NCBI GenBank assembly: GCA_951406725.2
Contig: OX597817.1
Coordinates: forward strand, 136,214,001 to 136,278,000
Length of the DNA: 64,000 nucleotides
Direction: 5' to 3'
Source: Octopus vulgaris
Taxonomy: Eukaryota
In this document: positions 39,166-51,168 of the stretch, piece by piece
Layout: every line of letters begins with the position of its first letter
Position numbering within the stretch: the stretch's first letter is position 1
Program-made: the position numbers and the translations under genes
Notes under the pieces: generated by a model
Databases searched by the model: none
What the model saw: the letters and a program-made list of their open reading frames with translations, nothing else
Told to the model about the DNA's origin: nothing

Positions 39166-40544
39166 TGGTTTCCGCTTCATCGGGGAATTACCTCCCTTTG
39201 CAGGTTAAGGGCACCGTGACGGTGTCGAGCCTTTCTGGTGACGTCGATGTTCGCCTGGGGCTAAATGCAACAGTAACACCCCCACCACCCTGCCCTGTCC
39301 CTAGCCATATTCAGATGGCTTTAGTCCCTTATGTTATCGAGCAGTTACTGTCTATATCTCTTTTAGAGAATTATTATTGCTATATATATATATATATTAT
39401 GATAAAAAATACAAAGCAAAAAGCCTTGTGAAAAACAGTTACCCAGGGTTCCCTGGTTGAGATATTAATTTATTTTGCCATTTATGAAGATGGTAAAAGC
39501 AATGACAGTTTAGTAACTGCATACAATGCAACTGACGTTTGAATGAGCACATGCATTTAGAATAAAAATGGAGAAAAATGAAGGGGAGATAATGAACTGA
39601 ACAGTAAATATAACCAGTGTCTTACACGTATGTACAAAAAATTACATAAAACAACACTGGAATGTGTTCTCCTTAAATTTCGCTAAGATGTATTTTATAA
39701 AGTGTGGGCATGAAGAAAAAATCTCATATTTATGCAGTTACTGAAGATTGTTTTCTTTTAAAAAGATACAGCTTTTCAAGTGATCATAGAGAACTTTTTT
39801 TTACTATTAATATAAAGGTTTGGCTTAAGAAAGGATCTCCCATTTGATGCAGTTGATCTCATTATTAAGTCTCCTTTCCCCTCTTCCATCTCTTCTCTCT
39901 TTCTGTCTGTCTCCCTCTTTCTATCTCCATCTTCATGCTGATACTAGTGAGATATCTGTGTTGGAAGCTAGGAACAATTGGTTTAATATCCCTCTTATTT
40001 ATAATGTAACTGCTTTTGAGACCAAACAGAAGCTTGGCACTTCCCATCTTTTCCTCCCAATACAATATCAGGCCTGTGGCAAAGACACCTTATTTGCAAC
40101 ATTCAAATCCACCCAAACAATCTCTAAAGTATCCAACCAGGGTAAGGACAATCATTTTACAGGGCTGAGTTCAATTCCTTGGTTATATAAATCGAACAGC
40201 CAGTGCCGGTTGACTGGGCCACTGCCGCCTGACTGGCATGTAAAAAGCACCATCCAAGCGTGGCTGATGCCAGTACCGCCTGACTGGCCCTCATGTTGGT
40301 GGCTTGTAAAAAGCACCTACTACACTCTCAGAGTGGTTAGCGTTAGGAAAGGCATCCAGCTGTAGAAACATTGCCACATCGGATTGGAGCCTGGTGCAGA
40401 CTTCTGGCTCACCAGCCCTCAGTCAAACTGTCCAACCCATGCCAGCATGGAAAGCGGATGTTAAACGATGATGATGATGAACAGTGAGAAACTAGCTCTG
40501 GTCCGTTTTTTATCCCTAACCATTAGCCTAATGGGTTTGTGTAT

Positions 40545-40762
40545 AAGGGGGTGGGGCTGTAAAATTCCTGGTTTTGGGTAAAAGAAAATTTAGAAGGATC
40601 AGTTAATTATGATTTTATTCAACATATTCCCTTCTCAGGTTCACACACTCATTGCAGGGGTCCTTCAGTTTTTTTAAACCCTGTAAAAGAAGTTAGAAGG
40701 TTGGGCTTCCAACCTGGCCTTTTGCAATGCCCTTAAAGCCAGGAACTATTTTTAACCTCTCA
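40545..40762. mobile_element. Mariner-like MITE
   Basis: Degenerate TIRs ggggctgtaaaattcctggtttt / aaagccaggaactatttttaacc around about 170 bp of non-coding sequence. Confidence 0.55.
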
Positions 40763-42453
40763 CCTGTTGCCAGGTCCATAAGGTGAAACGAAGAGATGAT
40801 TAAATATTTATTTACATGTAGCACTGAAAACATGTAGGAGGAAAATGTGACTTGCTATTCTGAATACATCAGGAAGTTTGTTGAGTGAGATTTCAGAGGA
40901 GAAAGAAATACAGGAAGAGTTTTGCCTGAAAATGGTATTTGACTTTCAAAGAGATGTGTATAAAATTTGCCCAGCACAAGATTAAGTAATCAGCTCTCCT
41001 AGTTCTTGTCTTATTAGTAATGCAGGGTTATTATCATTATTTTTAAAAATTGTAAACAGTGATGAAGTTGCCTTAAATTATGGTGTCAAAGTTTAGATCA
41101 GATCCTTGATATTTATAAATGTTACAGTTTAATTAGTGAGGTAAGTTAATTACAATACATCCTCACTTAATCATTTGTAAACGAATGTTAAAAATAAATA
41201 TGAAACAATTTTTTTTTTGTTGTGCCTGGGGACAGTCACTCTGTTTTAATGCCATATTAATTAACACACTCACCGGTTCAATTTCCATTCATTTATAATT
41301 TTTTTTTTCTAAAATTTCCATTACTTCATGAATCCATTTGCAGATTCATTAATGCATAATACATTAATAAGTTCATTGTAGAGAAAACTATGGTTAAAAC
41401 CAAACATGTTCAGCTAATTGTAGAACCATTTCTCCATGCAAACATGTAGAAATGTTTCGTAAATAGATCGTAAATACAAACAGAAATCGTGTCCAGTCAA
41501 TGGTTTTCATTACTCCTCTTTTTCCCCATCTTTTGCATGTTTCAGTCAGTAGAATGTGGCCATGCTGGGGCACCACATTGAAGAATTTTAGCTGAACAAA
41601 TCAACCCTGGTATTTGTATTTTTTTAAAGCCTGGTACTTTTTCTATCAGTCTCTTTTGCCAAACTGCCAAGTTATGGGGATGTAAATACACCAACACTGG
41701 TTGTCAAATGGGGGGGGGGCAAAAACAGGCACACACACATGACAGGCCTCTTTCAACTTCTGTCTAATAAATCCACTCACAAGGCTTTGGTTGGCTCAAG
41801 GCTATAGTAGAAGATACTTGCTCAAGGTGCCACACAGTGGGACTGAACCTGGAACGTTGAGACTGAGAAGGAAACTTCTTACCACATAACCATAGAAGAA
41901 GAGAAAACAAAAACATTGAATTTTAAATTTGATAGTAATTATTTTTGTTTACAAGTGCACAAAACTAGATTCATAGAGATGAATGAGATGGTCTGACATT
42001 CATGCCTTTCTCAAGGGTTTTACCAGTAAATCAAACAATAACTCTATAGAAAACAAAGTCAGTATTTAGTTTAGAGTGAATGCTAGAATTGAAACCTTAA
42101 CCCTCTAGTATCTACATCTGCTTCAGCTCCTATCTCTTGATGTCTGGTATTCTAAATAAACAATTGAAATCTAATTATATTTACTTATTTGAGTCAAACT
42201 TCATGTTTTCCATGATCTTCTGTAAAACAAGAACAATGGCATTTGCACTCAATAAATTCTTATTTACTCTCCAGTAATCTTTGTTTAAACTGATTACTTT
42301 CTTCGATGGAAACAATATTTTAACACAAAATACTCTCTGATATGCACAAAATAATAAACCTTACCTTGTATTAAATAAACTAACAATAACTATGAAAACC
42401 AAAGAGGAATTTGTTTTGTTTCTATCACACAACTGGTTTCCTATTCTGTACAG

Positions 42454-42523
42454 TCTCTGGTGCTGCTGGATGTGTCTGGCGTGTTACACAGTCCCAGAGT
42501 TCAGCAAAATAGAAGGCAGGATG
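42454..42523 (+). CDS. Candidate internal exon (SLVLLDVSGVLHSPRVQQNRRQD), gene unidentified
   Basis: Acceptor ttcctattctgtacag, strong donor G|gtaagc, 70 nt of GC-richer open sequence in AT-rich flanks. Confidence 0.45.
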
Positions 42524-42979
42524 GTAAGCTCAATAAAAATAATCAATGTTTTAAAACGGTTAACAAATGAATTAAAAAATGCTGTGGTGGTTTTGAGTCA
42601 ACAGTAAAATGGTCAACACTGACTTCTTTCTTTTCCAACCAAACCAGAACCACGGACTTATGGTAATGTCAGAACAAGACTCACAGATGTTTCCTTCCAC
42701 TAGGAGCTTACCTCCACTCTATTTGTGGTTGTTGTTGTTGTTACATTTTAAATCTGAATGTTGACAGGTAATTCATATTATTGGCTTCATTTATTCAGAA
42801 ACACAAATATTTTTTTAAACTTTTATTTTCCATTGACTTGCTGTGGTTCAACAAATCTTTGACTAGCATTAATCAATTAACAGCACAACTATGTTACATG
42901 TTTATCTGTCAAATATTGCCATCTTGGAACATGATGACAAAGAAAATAGCTTTAAAATGCTTTTGATCTACAATGAGAA

Positions 42980-43127
42980 AATTATGTACATTATTTACAT
43001 TTGATGGATATTTGTCCTCATCTTGTTTGTTCTTAACACAATGTTTTGGCTGATATACCCTCCAGCCTTCATCAGGAGTCTTGGGGAATTTTTGAACCTG
43101 GGTTCTCATTCTTAAGGTATTTTTCAA

Positions 43128-43169
<42 letters not shown>

Positions 43170-43306
43170 CATCATTATTATTCAGGTCACTGCCCGTACT
43201 CTTAACCACTACACCATATGCCCTTGGGTGTAGTGGTTAAGAGTGCAGGCTACTAACCCCAAGATTCCAAGTTCGATTCCAAGCAGTGATCTGAATAATA
43301 ATAATC

Positions 43307-43343
<37 letters not shown>

Positions 43344-43532
43344 CAACATCAAAAAATACCTTAGGAATGAGAACTCAGGTTCGAAATTCCCCCAGGATGC
43401 CTGATGAAGGCTGGAGGGTATATCAGCCGAAACGTTGTGTTAACAATAAAACAAGATGAGGACAAATATCCATCAAATGTAAAAAAAATGTAAATAATGT
43501 ACATAATTCCTCATTTCTTAAATTTAGAACTG
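42980..43532. mobile_element. Family A fold-back element (best preserved copy)
   Basis: Minus arm 42980-43222; plus arm about 43226-43532 with A-box-like gtgtagtgg, B-box gttcgattcc (43271-43280), (AAT)n, HHR and a ~25-nt tail; aattatgt at 42980-42987 and 43533-43540. Confidence 0.88.
43396..43441 (+). ncRNA. Minimal type I hammerhead ribozyme (family A)
   Basis: gatgc-CTGATGA-a-ggctg-gagggtatat-cagcc-GAAAC-GTT-gtgtt. Canonical core, 5-bp helix II, palindromic aacgtt in place of helix III. Mutated copies at 17168-17213, 22045-22090, 36430-36475, 36671-36712 and 43036-43080. Confidence 0.8.
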
Positions 43533-43758
43533 AATTATGTTTTCCACCAACAAAGACTAGAATGAATTAAATGAATTCCTAAAACTGGAGTGGAAGAGCT
43601 GAAGTGAGGTTAGCAAGAATATGGAGGTTAATACTTAAGGAGACACTCTGGAAGATGTAATGCAGTTCAAAATATGGAATAATGAATTTTTGAACCAAAA
43701 ATATCATTATTAGAGGAATTTCACTGATTGAAAAATAATGGAAGGTTGCTGTACTCAC

Positions 43759-44098
43759 ACAATATTTTGTTTCTGATTCCTATAATCTTCGGGTCTACAA
43801 ACAGATCCTGAAGCAACAAGCGATCCTGATGCAGAGGAAGTCTTCTCAACACAGCCTTCTAAAGGAGAATTTTGTTCCGTCTGATGGTGGCGTAGTCGAC
43901 GCATATCTTTGTCCCGAGCCTTTTGCAAGCCATCTTGTAGAAAGAATTTGTGGATAATATCCCGACACCATGTAATACGTGTCTGAGGTAGGTAAGACCA
44001 GTGGTCAACGGCTAAGTGGTGCATAGCATCAGCATAATCAGTTAAAAGTTGACCATTCTTGCAGTGTTCTTCCCAAATCTTCTGGAAATCTCCTCCAG
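43759..44098 (-). CDS. SAMTOR: Internal coding exon of SAMTOR/BMT2 (S-adenosylmethionine sensor upstream of mTORC1, C7orf60 homolog)
   Basis: GDFQKIWEEHCKNGQLLTDYADAMHHLAVDHW...RITWCRDIIHKFFLQDGLQKARDKDMRR aligns with recalled human [32 protein letters not shown]...[28 protein letters not shown]. Acceptor ctctctttgacag, donor gtgagt. Confidence 0.9.
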
Positions 44099-45530
44099 CT
44101 GTCAAAGAGAGAAAGACGGTGAATGTTAGAGAAATATCCTGAACTTAGTCATTAAGTTTCTAATTAGAGAATGGAGAATTAACAAACAAATGAATACATA
44201 AAGCAAGAGATGGAGATATTATGAAACAGCATTCAAAATGTTGGCAGAGGTAAAAACAATTAGAAAATATATTAATCCACCTCAAGTGATAGGTGTTATT
44301 TTGAGGTGTGTGTTATTTTTGGGAAGAGCAACAAAATGACTGGTGAGTTAATAAAATTTTCTGAAGTTTATTTTTAATAATCTTAAACATGAAAGACCAC
44401 AACAATACTCAGAGTATCAGTAGATATTAGTCATTTATAAATTCATAGCCTTCCTAAAGATCTATAGAATGTGAAGGTGTTACAAAATCAAAAGTGGAGT
44501 GCTGTAAGAACACAGCAACACTTCCAAATAACCAGATCTGAATTCCTGAGTATGGCTACAGCATGTTTATACAGAGAACAATATCTTTTTAATGTTCAAA
44601 AATTTCTATATATGTCACATCATTATTTACACATCAACAGCAAATAATGTCTTGGAATTTCTGTAGAATAGATTCTGGCAACAGGTGTCTGACAATATCC
44701 ATCTAAAATATAGAATCTAGTTTGGTCAGGAGTCCCAGAAGTTCTTCGGTTTGGTCAGACAACAAGACATGGCACATGTATCCTACAAAAGTGATGCCCT
44801 ATATCTACACATCCACCATTTCTTAGTGAGATTAGACACATGAGCTGGGTTTATGTCCTCAACAGGTTCACAGCACACCAAGATCTTCAATGACATTCAA
44901 CTGATAAATGGTGTCACCTCACACAGGGACAAGGCCTGAAATTTTTGGGGAAGGACAAGTCAATTACATTGACCCCCAGTATTTCACTAGTGCTTATTAC
45001 TTCAACCCTGAAAGGATGAAAGGCAAAGCCAGACTCAATGACGTTTAAAACTTAAAGTGTAAAGATGGACAAAATGCTTTGCAGCATTTGTCCAGAGTGA
45101 TAATGGTTCTGCAAAAGTGAATACATGTGTGTGTGTGTTGCTTTAGAAAGCCATGTATGGAGATATATAGTGTACTGTTCTGTGATGGTAAGATTTAAAA
45201 AAATATACTCCATCTGGTGAGAGATAAATATTATTTAATAAACACAATATGTGTTTTTATGTGCTACTGTTAGTTTCATGTGATGTGAACATGTCAAGCA
45301 GTATTTTTTGATATGTCTGGGGTCTTAGCTCAATCTTCAGGCACTGCCCACATAGCATAACAAACTAACAATGGGATGATAGGATGAGAGAAAAAGCAAG
45401 AAAAGGCAAGAAAGAAGTAGATATAAAAGGTGGAAGGTTGAAAACCCAGAGGGGTGGTGGAGAATTAGAGTTATTGCCCCCTTTGACTATAAAATATAAG
45501 GCTGAAAAGATAGTGGCATAGAGTCTGTGG

Positions 45531-46480
45531 TACAGCTCTTCAATTCGGAGAGGGTGGCACTTTCCAATTCATCAACAGGAACTTAGCCATATGCTTACAA
45601 TACAGGATGCTTGGGCTAAATTCGATAATTTGAATAAGAGAAGAAACTACAATATCCCATCCAGAAATAAAAAAGTATTTTGAAAAATCAAAAAACATCA
45701 ACTTGACTATGGCTGGGATGTAACAGTTACTCAGAGTAGCTGCCCTCAGCTGCCACCATGGCCTCAAGACCCCAGAACCTGGTGTATGTATTCCTCACTG
45801 TGTCCCAGGAGAGATCTTCAAACACCTTCTTGATCTTAGTCACCAGTTTGGCCAATAGAATAGTTGCAGTCTTTCTCAACCGTGTCCACATATAATAACC
45901 CAATGGATAACAAGCAAGAGAATTAGGAGGCCAGAATTTGGGGCTGGTAAAGTTGTAGAAATTTTCTGACAACTCCTTCAGGAGGCATATATAGCAAGAA
46001 GCTGAATCCTGCTATCGTGCATACGGTTTTGCAGCTGCAATCCCCTCCAGCTGGGAACTGACCACACTCTCCAGCCATTTGAATTGCACTTAACACCCTG
46101 TTCAAAGATGTGGGGCAGCATGATGTCACCCTCCCAGGAGACACACACAGAGACAATTTGAAGAAACTTGGCTTTCATGATACATGGGACATCACATACA
46201 TAGTTTTGGTTGTTGTCTGACTGGTTTTGGCAGTTCTTTTCATCTGCAAAGAACCAGACCATCCCTAGATCAACAGGATTCCTCAGCTTGCTCAGGGGCT
46301 TCTTTGCTTTCGTCAAGCAGTTCTCCTTGGCCCCAGTTATCAGAATTTGTCCTTGTACCTCTTGTATGAATAGTAGCAAAGGTCCTTATTCAAGACTGGC
46401 TTCATGGTGACAACTCTAACACCTATCTCTATCACCTAAGTCCGAATTCCATTGCTTTTGGGTCTTCCATCACCTTATTG
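45531..46480 (-). mobile_element. Decayed maT/DD37D-like Tc1-mariner transposon
   Basis: MVWFFADEKN, VPCIMKAKF, EGDIMLPHIFEQG, QQDSASCY and SENFYNFTSPKFWPPNSLACYPLGYYMW across frames. Confidence 0.8.
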
Positions 46481-48801
46481 TTGGATGAATTCTGGTATGT
46501 GGATACAGTCAGAATGCCTGCTGTGTCCCTTCCTGCTGGCCACAGCTTTGTAGTCTCAGTTGCAGCTGTCCATGTCATCTCTTCAAGCCTTTACAATGTT
46601 CACAGAGCATTGAGCAGCAGTCATGGTGTCAGCATTTTGATACTCAGAGCAAATCATCATGACACAGGTGACTGTCTTCCAATATTCAGATGACTTCCAG
46701 TCCTCCAGGTCAGCTAACCCTAAACCAACTACAACTTCTCAATGTTCAGGCTCTCCAATGCCATTAACTGTTCACCAATACATCAAGCTCTTCCTAAAAA
46801 GGGAAATGCGTGTTGTTAGTTTGTGGGCCAGATTGGTTTTTAGGTGTAAGAGAATATATTCTCTAAGCACCTGGTGTACAAAACACCTGAAAGTAAGTCA
46901 GAGTCAAGCGAGACAACTTACATCAAGTCCTTTCTCAGAGTGACAGACATCAAAGTTTCATCACTGTTTTGACATGTATAAATATATATTCTTGTATTAT
47001 TTTATTTGTTTCAGTCATTTGACTGTGGCCATGCTGGAGCACCACCTTTAGTCGAACAAATCGACCCTACAATTTATTCTTTGTAAACCTAGTACTTATT
47101 CTATCGGTCTCTTTGCTGAACTGCTACGTTACAGGGACATAAACACACCAGCATCAGTTTTCAAGCAATGGTGGGGGGACAAACACAGACACACACATAT
47201 ATACATATATATATATATATATACTACAGGCTTCTTTCAGTTTCCATCTACCAAATTCACTCACAAGGCTTTGCTTGGCTCGAGGCTATAGAAGACACTT
47301 GTCCAAGGTGCCATGCAGTGGGACTGAACCTGGAACCATGTGGTTGGTAAGCAAGCTACTTACCACACAACCAAATATATATATATATATATATATATAC
47401 ATATCACCATCATCATCCTTTAATGTTCGCTTTCCATGCTGGGGGTGGGGGGTTGGACGGTTTGACTGAGGACTGTTGAGCCAGATGGCTGCACCAGGCT
47501 CCAATCTGATCTGGCAGAGTTTCTACAGCTGGATGCCCTTCCTAACGCCAACCACTCCGAGAGTGTAGTGGGTGCTTTTGCGTGCCACTGGCATGAGGGC
47601 CAGTCAGGTGGTACTAGCCACGGCCATGCTCAAATGGTGTTTTTACATGCCACCAGCACAGGAGCCAGTCCAGTGGCACTGGCAATGACCTCGCTCGAAT
47701 GTTGTTTTCATGTGCTACTGGCACAAATGCCAGGAAGGCATCACTGGTAACGATCATGCTCAAATGGTGCATTTTACATGTCACTGGCATGGGAGCCAGT
47801 CAGTGGCCCTGGCAATGATCACACTTGATGGTGCTTTTAGCGTTCTACTGGCACAGATGCCAATCATGTGATGCTGTCATTGAATTTGATTTTGATTTCG
47901 ATTTCACTTGCCTCAACAGGTCTTCGCAAGCATAGTTTAGTGTCCAATGAAGGAAAGGTACGCATAAGTGGGCTGGTTATACCACTGGCATAGGCCATGA
48001 GGTTATGGTCTCACTTGGCTTACCGGGACTTCCAAAGGTCTAGGTCACTAGTCATTGCCTCGGTGAGGCTTAATGTTCAAAGGTCGTGCTTCACCACCTC
48101 ATCCCAGGTCTTCCTGCGTCAACCTCTTCCACAGGTTCCCTCAACCGTTAGGGTGAGACACTTTTTCGCCCAGCTATCATCACTTAACATCCATTGTCCA
48201 TGCTGGCATGGCTTCGATGGTTTGACCACGGCTGGCAAACTGGAAGGTTGCACAAGACTCCAGTCTGATTCGGCATGGTTTCTATGGCTGGATGCCCTTC
48301 TTAATGCCAACCACTCTGAGAGTGTAATGGGTGCTTTTACATGACACTGACACAGGTGCCATTTGCGTGACATCAGTATCTGCCACGATTGTGATTTTAC
48401 TTGTCTTGATGGGTCTTCTTCTCAAGCACAACATAATACCAAGGTCTCTGTCATATTTATCATTGTCTCCACAAGGCTCAACACTTAAAAGGCGCTTTTT
48501 ATGTGCCAGGTACATGACACCAGCATCGACCACAACTATGATTTCACTTGGTTTGAAGGGTCTTCTTCTCAAGCACAGCATATCGCTGAAGGTCTTGGTC
48601 ACTAGTCATTGCCTTTGTGAGGTTCAAAGTTCAAAGATCATGCTTCACCACCTCATCCCATGTCTTTCTGGGTCTGCCTATACCACAGGTTTCTTCCACA
48701 GTTAGAGGTCAGTACTACTTTATGCAGCTGTCCTAGTCCATGCACATTACATGACCATATCAGCACAGTCGTCTCTCTTTCACACCACATCTGATGCCTT
48801 T

Positions 48802-48846
<45 letters not shown>

Positions 48847-48917
48847 GGCATTCGCGATGATAGATCGCTAGTCACTAAACCTTTTTCTATTTTCTCTCCT
48901 TGTTTATTTCTGTGTTC

Positions 48918-48953
48918 CTTTCTGCTGAAGAGTGTAGACTTGAAACGTAAAAG
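48918..48953 (+). ncRNA. Degenerate minimal hammerhead-like motif (family C) in a (TA)n-flanked repeat, about 48846-49050
   Basis: cttt-CTGCTGA-a-gagt-gtag-actt-GAAAC-GTA-aaag; same family as 9502-9537. Confidence 0.45.
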
Positions 48954-49277
48954 ACTTTCTCACTTCCCAAGCGTTAAACTAATACATCTGTTTATTGTTT
49001 ACACACCCGTCTTCGTCTTTTGTTGTTTTTTTTTGTAAATTCTCACTATATATATATATCATCATCATCATCATCATTATCGTTTAACATCCGCTTTCCA
49101 TGCTGTCATGGGTTGGATGGCTTGACCGGGGTCTGAGAAGCCAGAAGGCTGCACCAGACTCCAGTCTGATCTGGCAGTGTTTCTAAAGCTGGATGCCCTT
49201 CCTAACACCAATCACTCTGTGAGTGTAGTGGGTGCTTTTTATGTACAACCAGCACAGGGGTCAGAGGAGGCTGGCAA

Positions 49278-50217
49278 CTGAACTACAAAAGAAACGTTGC
49301 ACTGTAAAAGATTATTTGTTTCACGTATGATATTGAGATTATATGGACTTTATGAGATTTCTAGGTAATTTGACATCAGGAAGATGTCACCGATGCACAA
49401 CACCACTCTCTTGAAAACACAAAGATTGCATGTAGGGTTCGAACTCACTTTTTATGAACATGGTAATGCTTGAAAACGCATCTTTGTGAAAAGCATGATG
49501 CACATGCAAAGCACTGACACAATGGGTATAAAAGGCACCCAAATTTACCAACCTGTCATTTGTCCCCTGAACAGAGCTAGCATGCAAAGACTGACATGAA
49601 ATTAGAGGGAGCAAGCCACTGGACGTTTGCATGCTGGTCAACATCCATGGGTCATTGCTAATGACTTGAACAGAGTCAAATGAGTGGCTGAGGGAATGAT
49701 ACAATGCCACAAACAGTACAGATGATCATCCACATAGTGGCCGACCAAGGGTTACAACGGCATGTCAAGATCACCACCTGCACTGACAGCACTTGCAGGA
49801 CCAATTCCAGAGGGCAATGGAATCAGCTAGGCAGACCATAGGGACTCACCACAGACCCATTTATGCAGAGACAGTTCACTGCCAGCTGAAATCTTTCAAT
49901 CTGTCTTGTTGATGTCCAGTTAGGGGCCCTTTCCTCACAGATGGACACGATGAGCCACATCCTTATGATGTCATCAATGGGTACATCTGCAGTGGGCTCA
50001 AAAACGTCAGAACTGGTGATATCAGCAGTGGAAGACTGTAATCTTCTCTGACAAAAGTTGATATTGCATTTTTGCATTTCTATGGCAGATGGCAGAACTA
50101 GGGCTTGGAGAAGAAGGGGTGAACGTCATGACAATGGCTGTGTGGTGGAGAGAGATTCACAGGGAGGACAGAACATCATGGTATGGGGTAGGATTGCACT
50201 CAACCAGAAACTAGTCT
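49278..50217 (+). mobile_element. Decayed, 3'-truncated Tc1-like transposon
   Basis: HSGRPRVTTACQD, WKTVIFSD and DGRTRAWRRRGER...GGQNIMVWGRI; both ends abut S2 copies. Confidence 0.82.
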
Positions 50218-50684
50218 TCCAAAGCACCCACTACACTCTTGCAGTGGTTGGCATTAGGAAGAGCATCCAACTGTAGAAACCTTGCCAAATCAGATTGGAG
50301 CCTGGTATAGCCTCCCAGCTTGCAAGTCCTCAGTCAAGCTGTCCAACCCATGCCAGCATGGAAAGTAGACATTAAACGTCGACAATGATGGTGATGATTT
50401 ACCTACAACTTTGAGTTAGATCTTCGGAATTAATATGTTCCACATTTCCCCTCAAACTAAAACTCACAACATTCATATCTTCTTAAAACCCCTTAAATCA
50501 ACCCTACTCAACCCTTCAACATATAATAAAACACATCATTGTTTTCGAGCTTTGAACAAGGTCCCAATAATACTGTATGTTTAACTTCCTGTATGTCTTC
50601 TTCTCCCCACCCTCTTTATCTTTCTCGTCCAATTCCAGTGCCTTCTTTCCACAAGATGTAAAACAACAGCCAGCCACCCACACA

Positions 50685-50719
<35 letters not shown>

Positions 50720-51125
50720 AACAAGCTTTGCTTAATGGTCAGCTTCAGCCATCACTACACAGAAAAGACGTGGTGACTAATTTGGGATAAAAGTAAAAAT
50801 CTAACTTCATGGCTGAATAACTGATGTTAGAAAAATCAATCAAGTGTAAAATAATTGCCCGAACAATTCATTCTAATGTCATCCGACACATACCTTGATG
50901 TAAACTTGTTATTAAAAAGGAAAAATATTCAGGCAGCAGATGAACACCTGCTTCGGCTTTTGTACAGGAATAAATAAATAAATAAATAAATATCAATCTC
51001 TATGTGTGTATGTATGTGTGTGTGTATACGTGTGTATATATATATATACATACACGTACTCATACACGCATGTATAAAAACACACATAAACATATATATG
51101 TATAGATAAACATAATTACACACAC

Positions 51126-51168
<43 letters not shown>

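Larger units (their letters stand above)
38288..39381 (+). mobile_element. Young non-coding 360-bp retrozyme/PLE-type element: one inverted plus about 2.1 tandem copies inside (TA)n
   Basis: Units 38611-38970 and 38971-39330 appear identical; partial unit 39331-39381. Inverted arm 38288-38612 mirrors 38653-38977 with one visible substitution (38440). (TA)n on both flanks; CpG-rich relative to surroundings. Confidence 0.92.
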
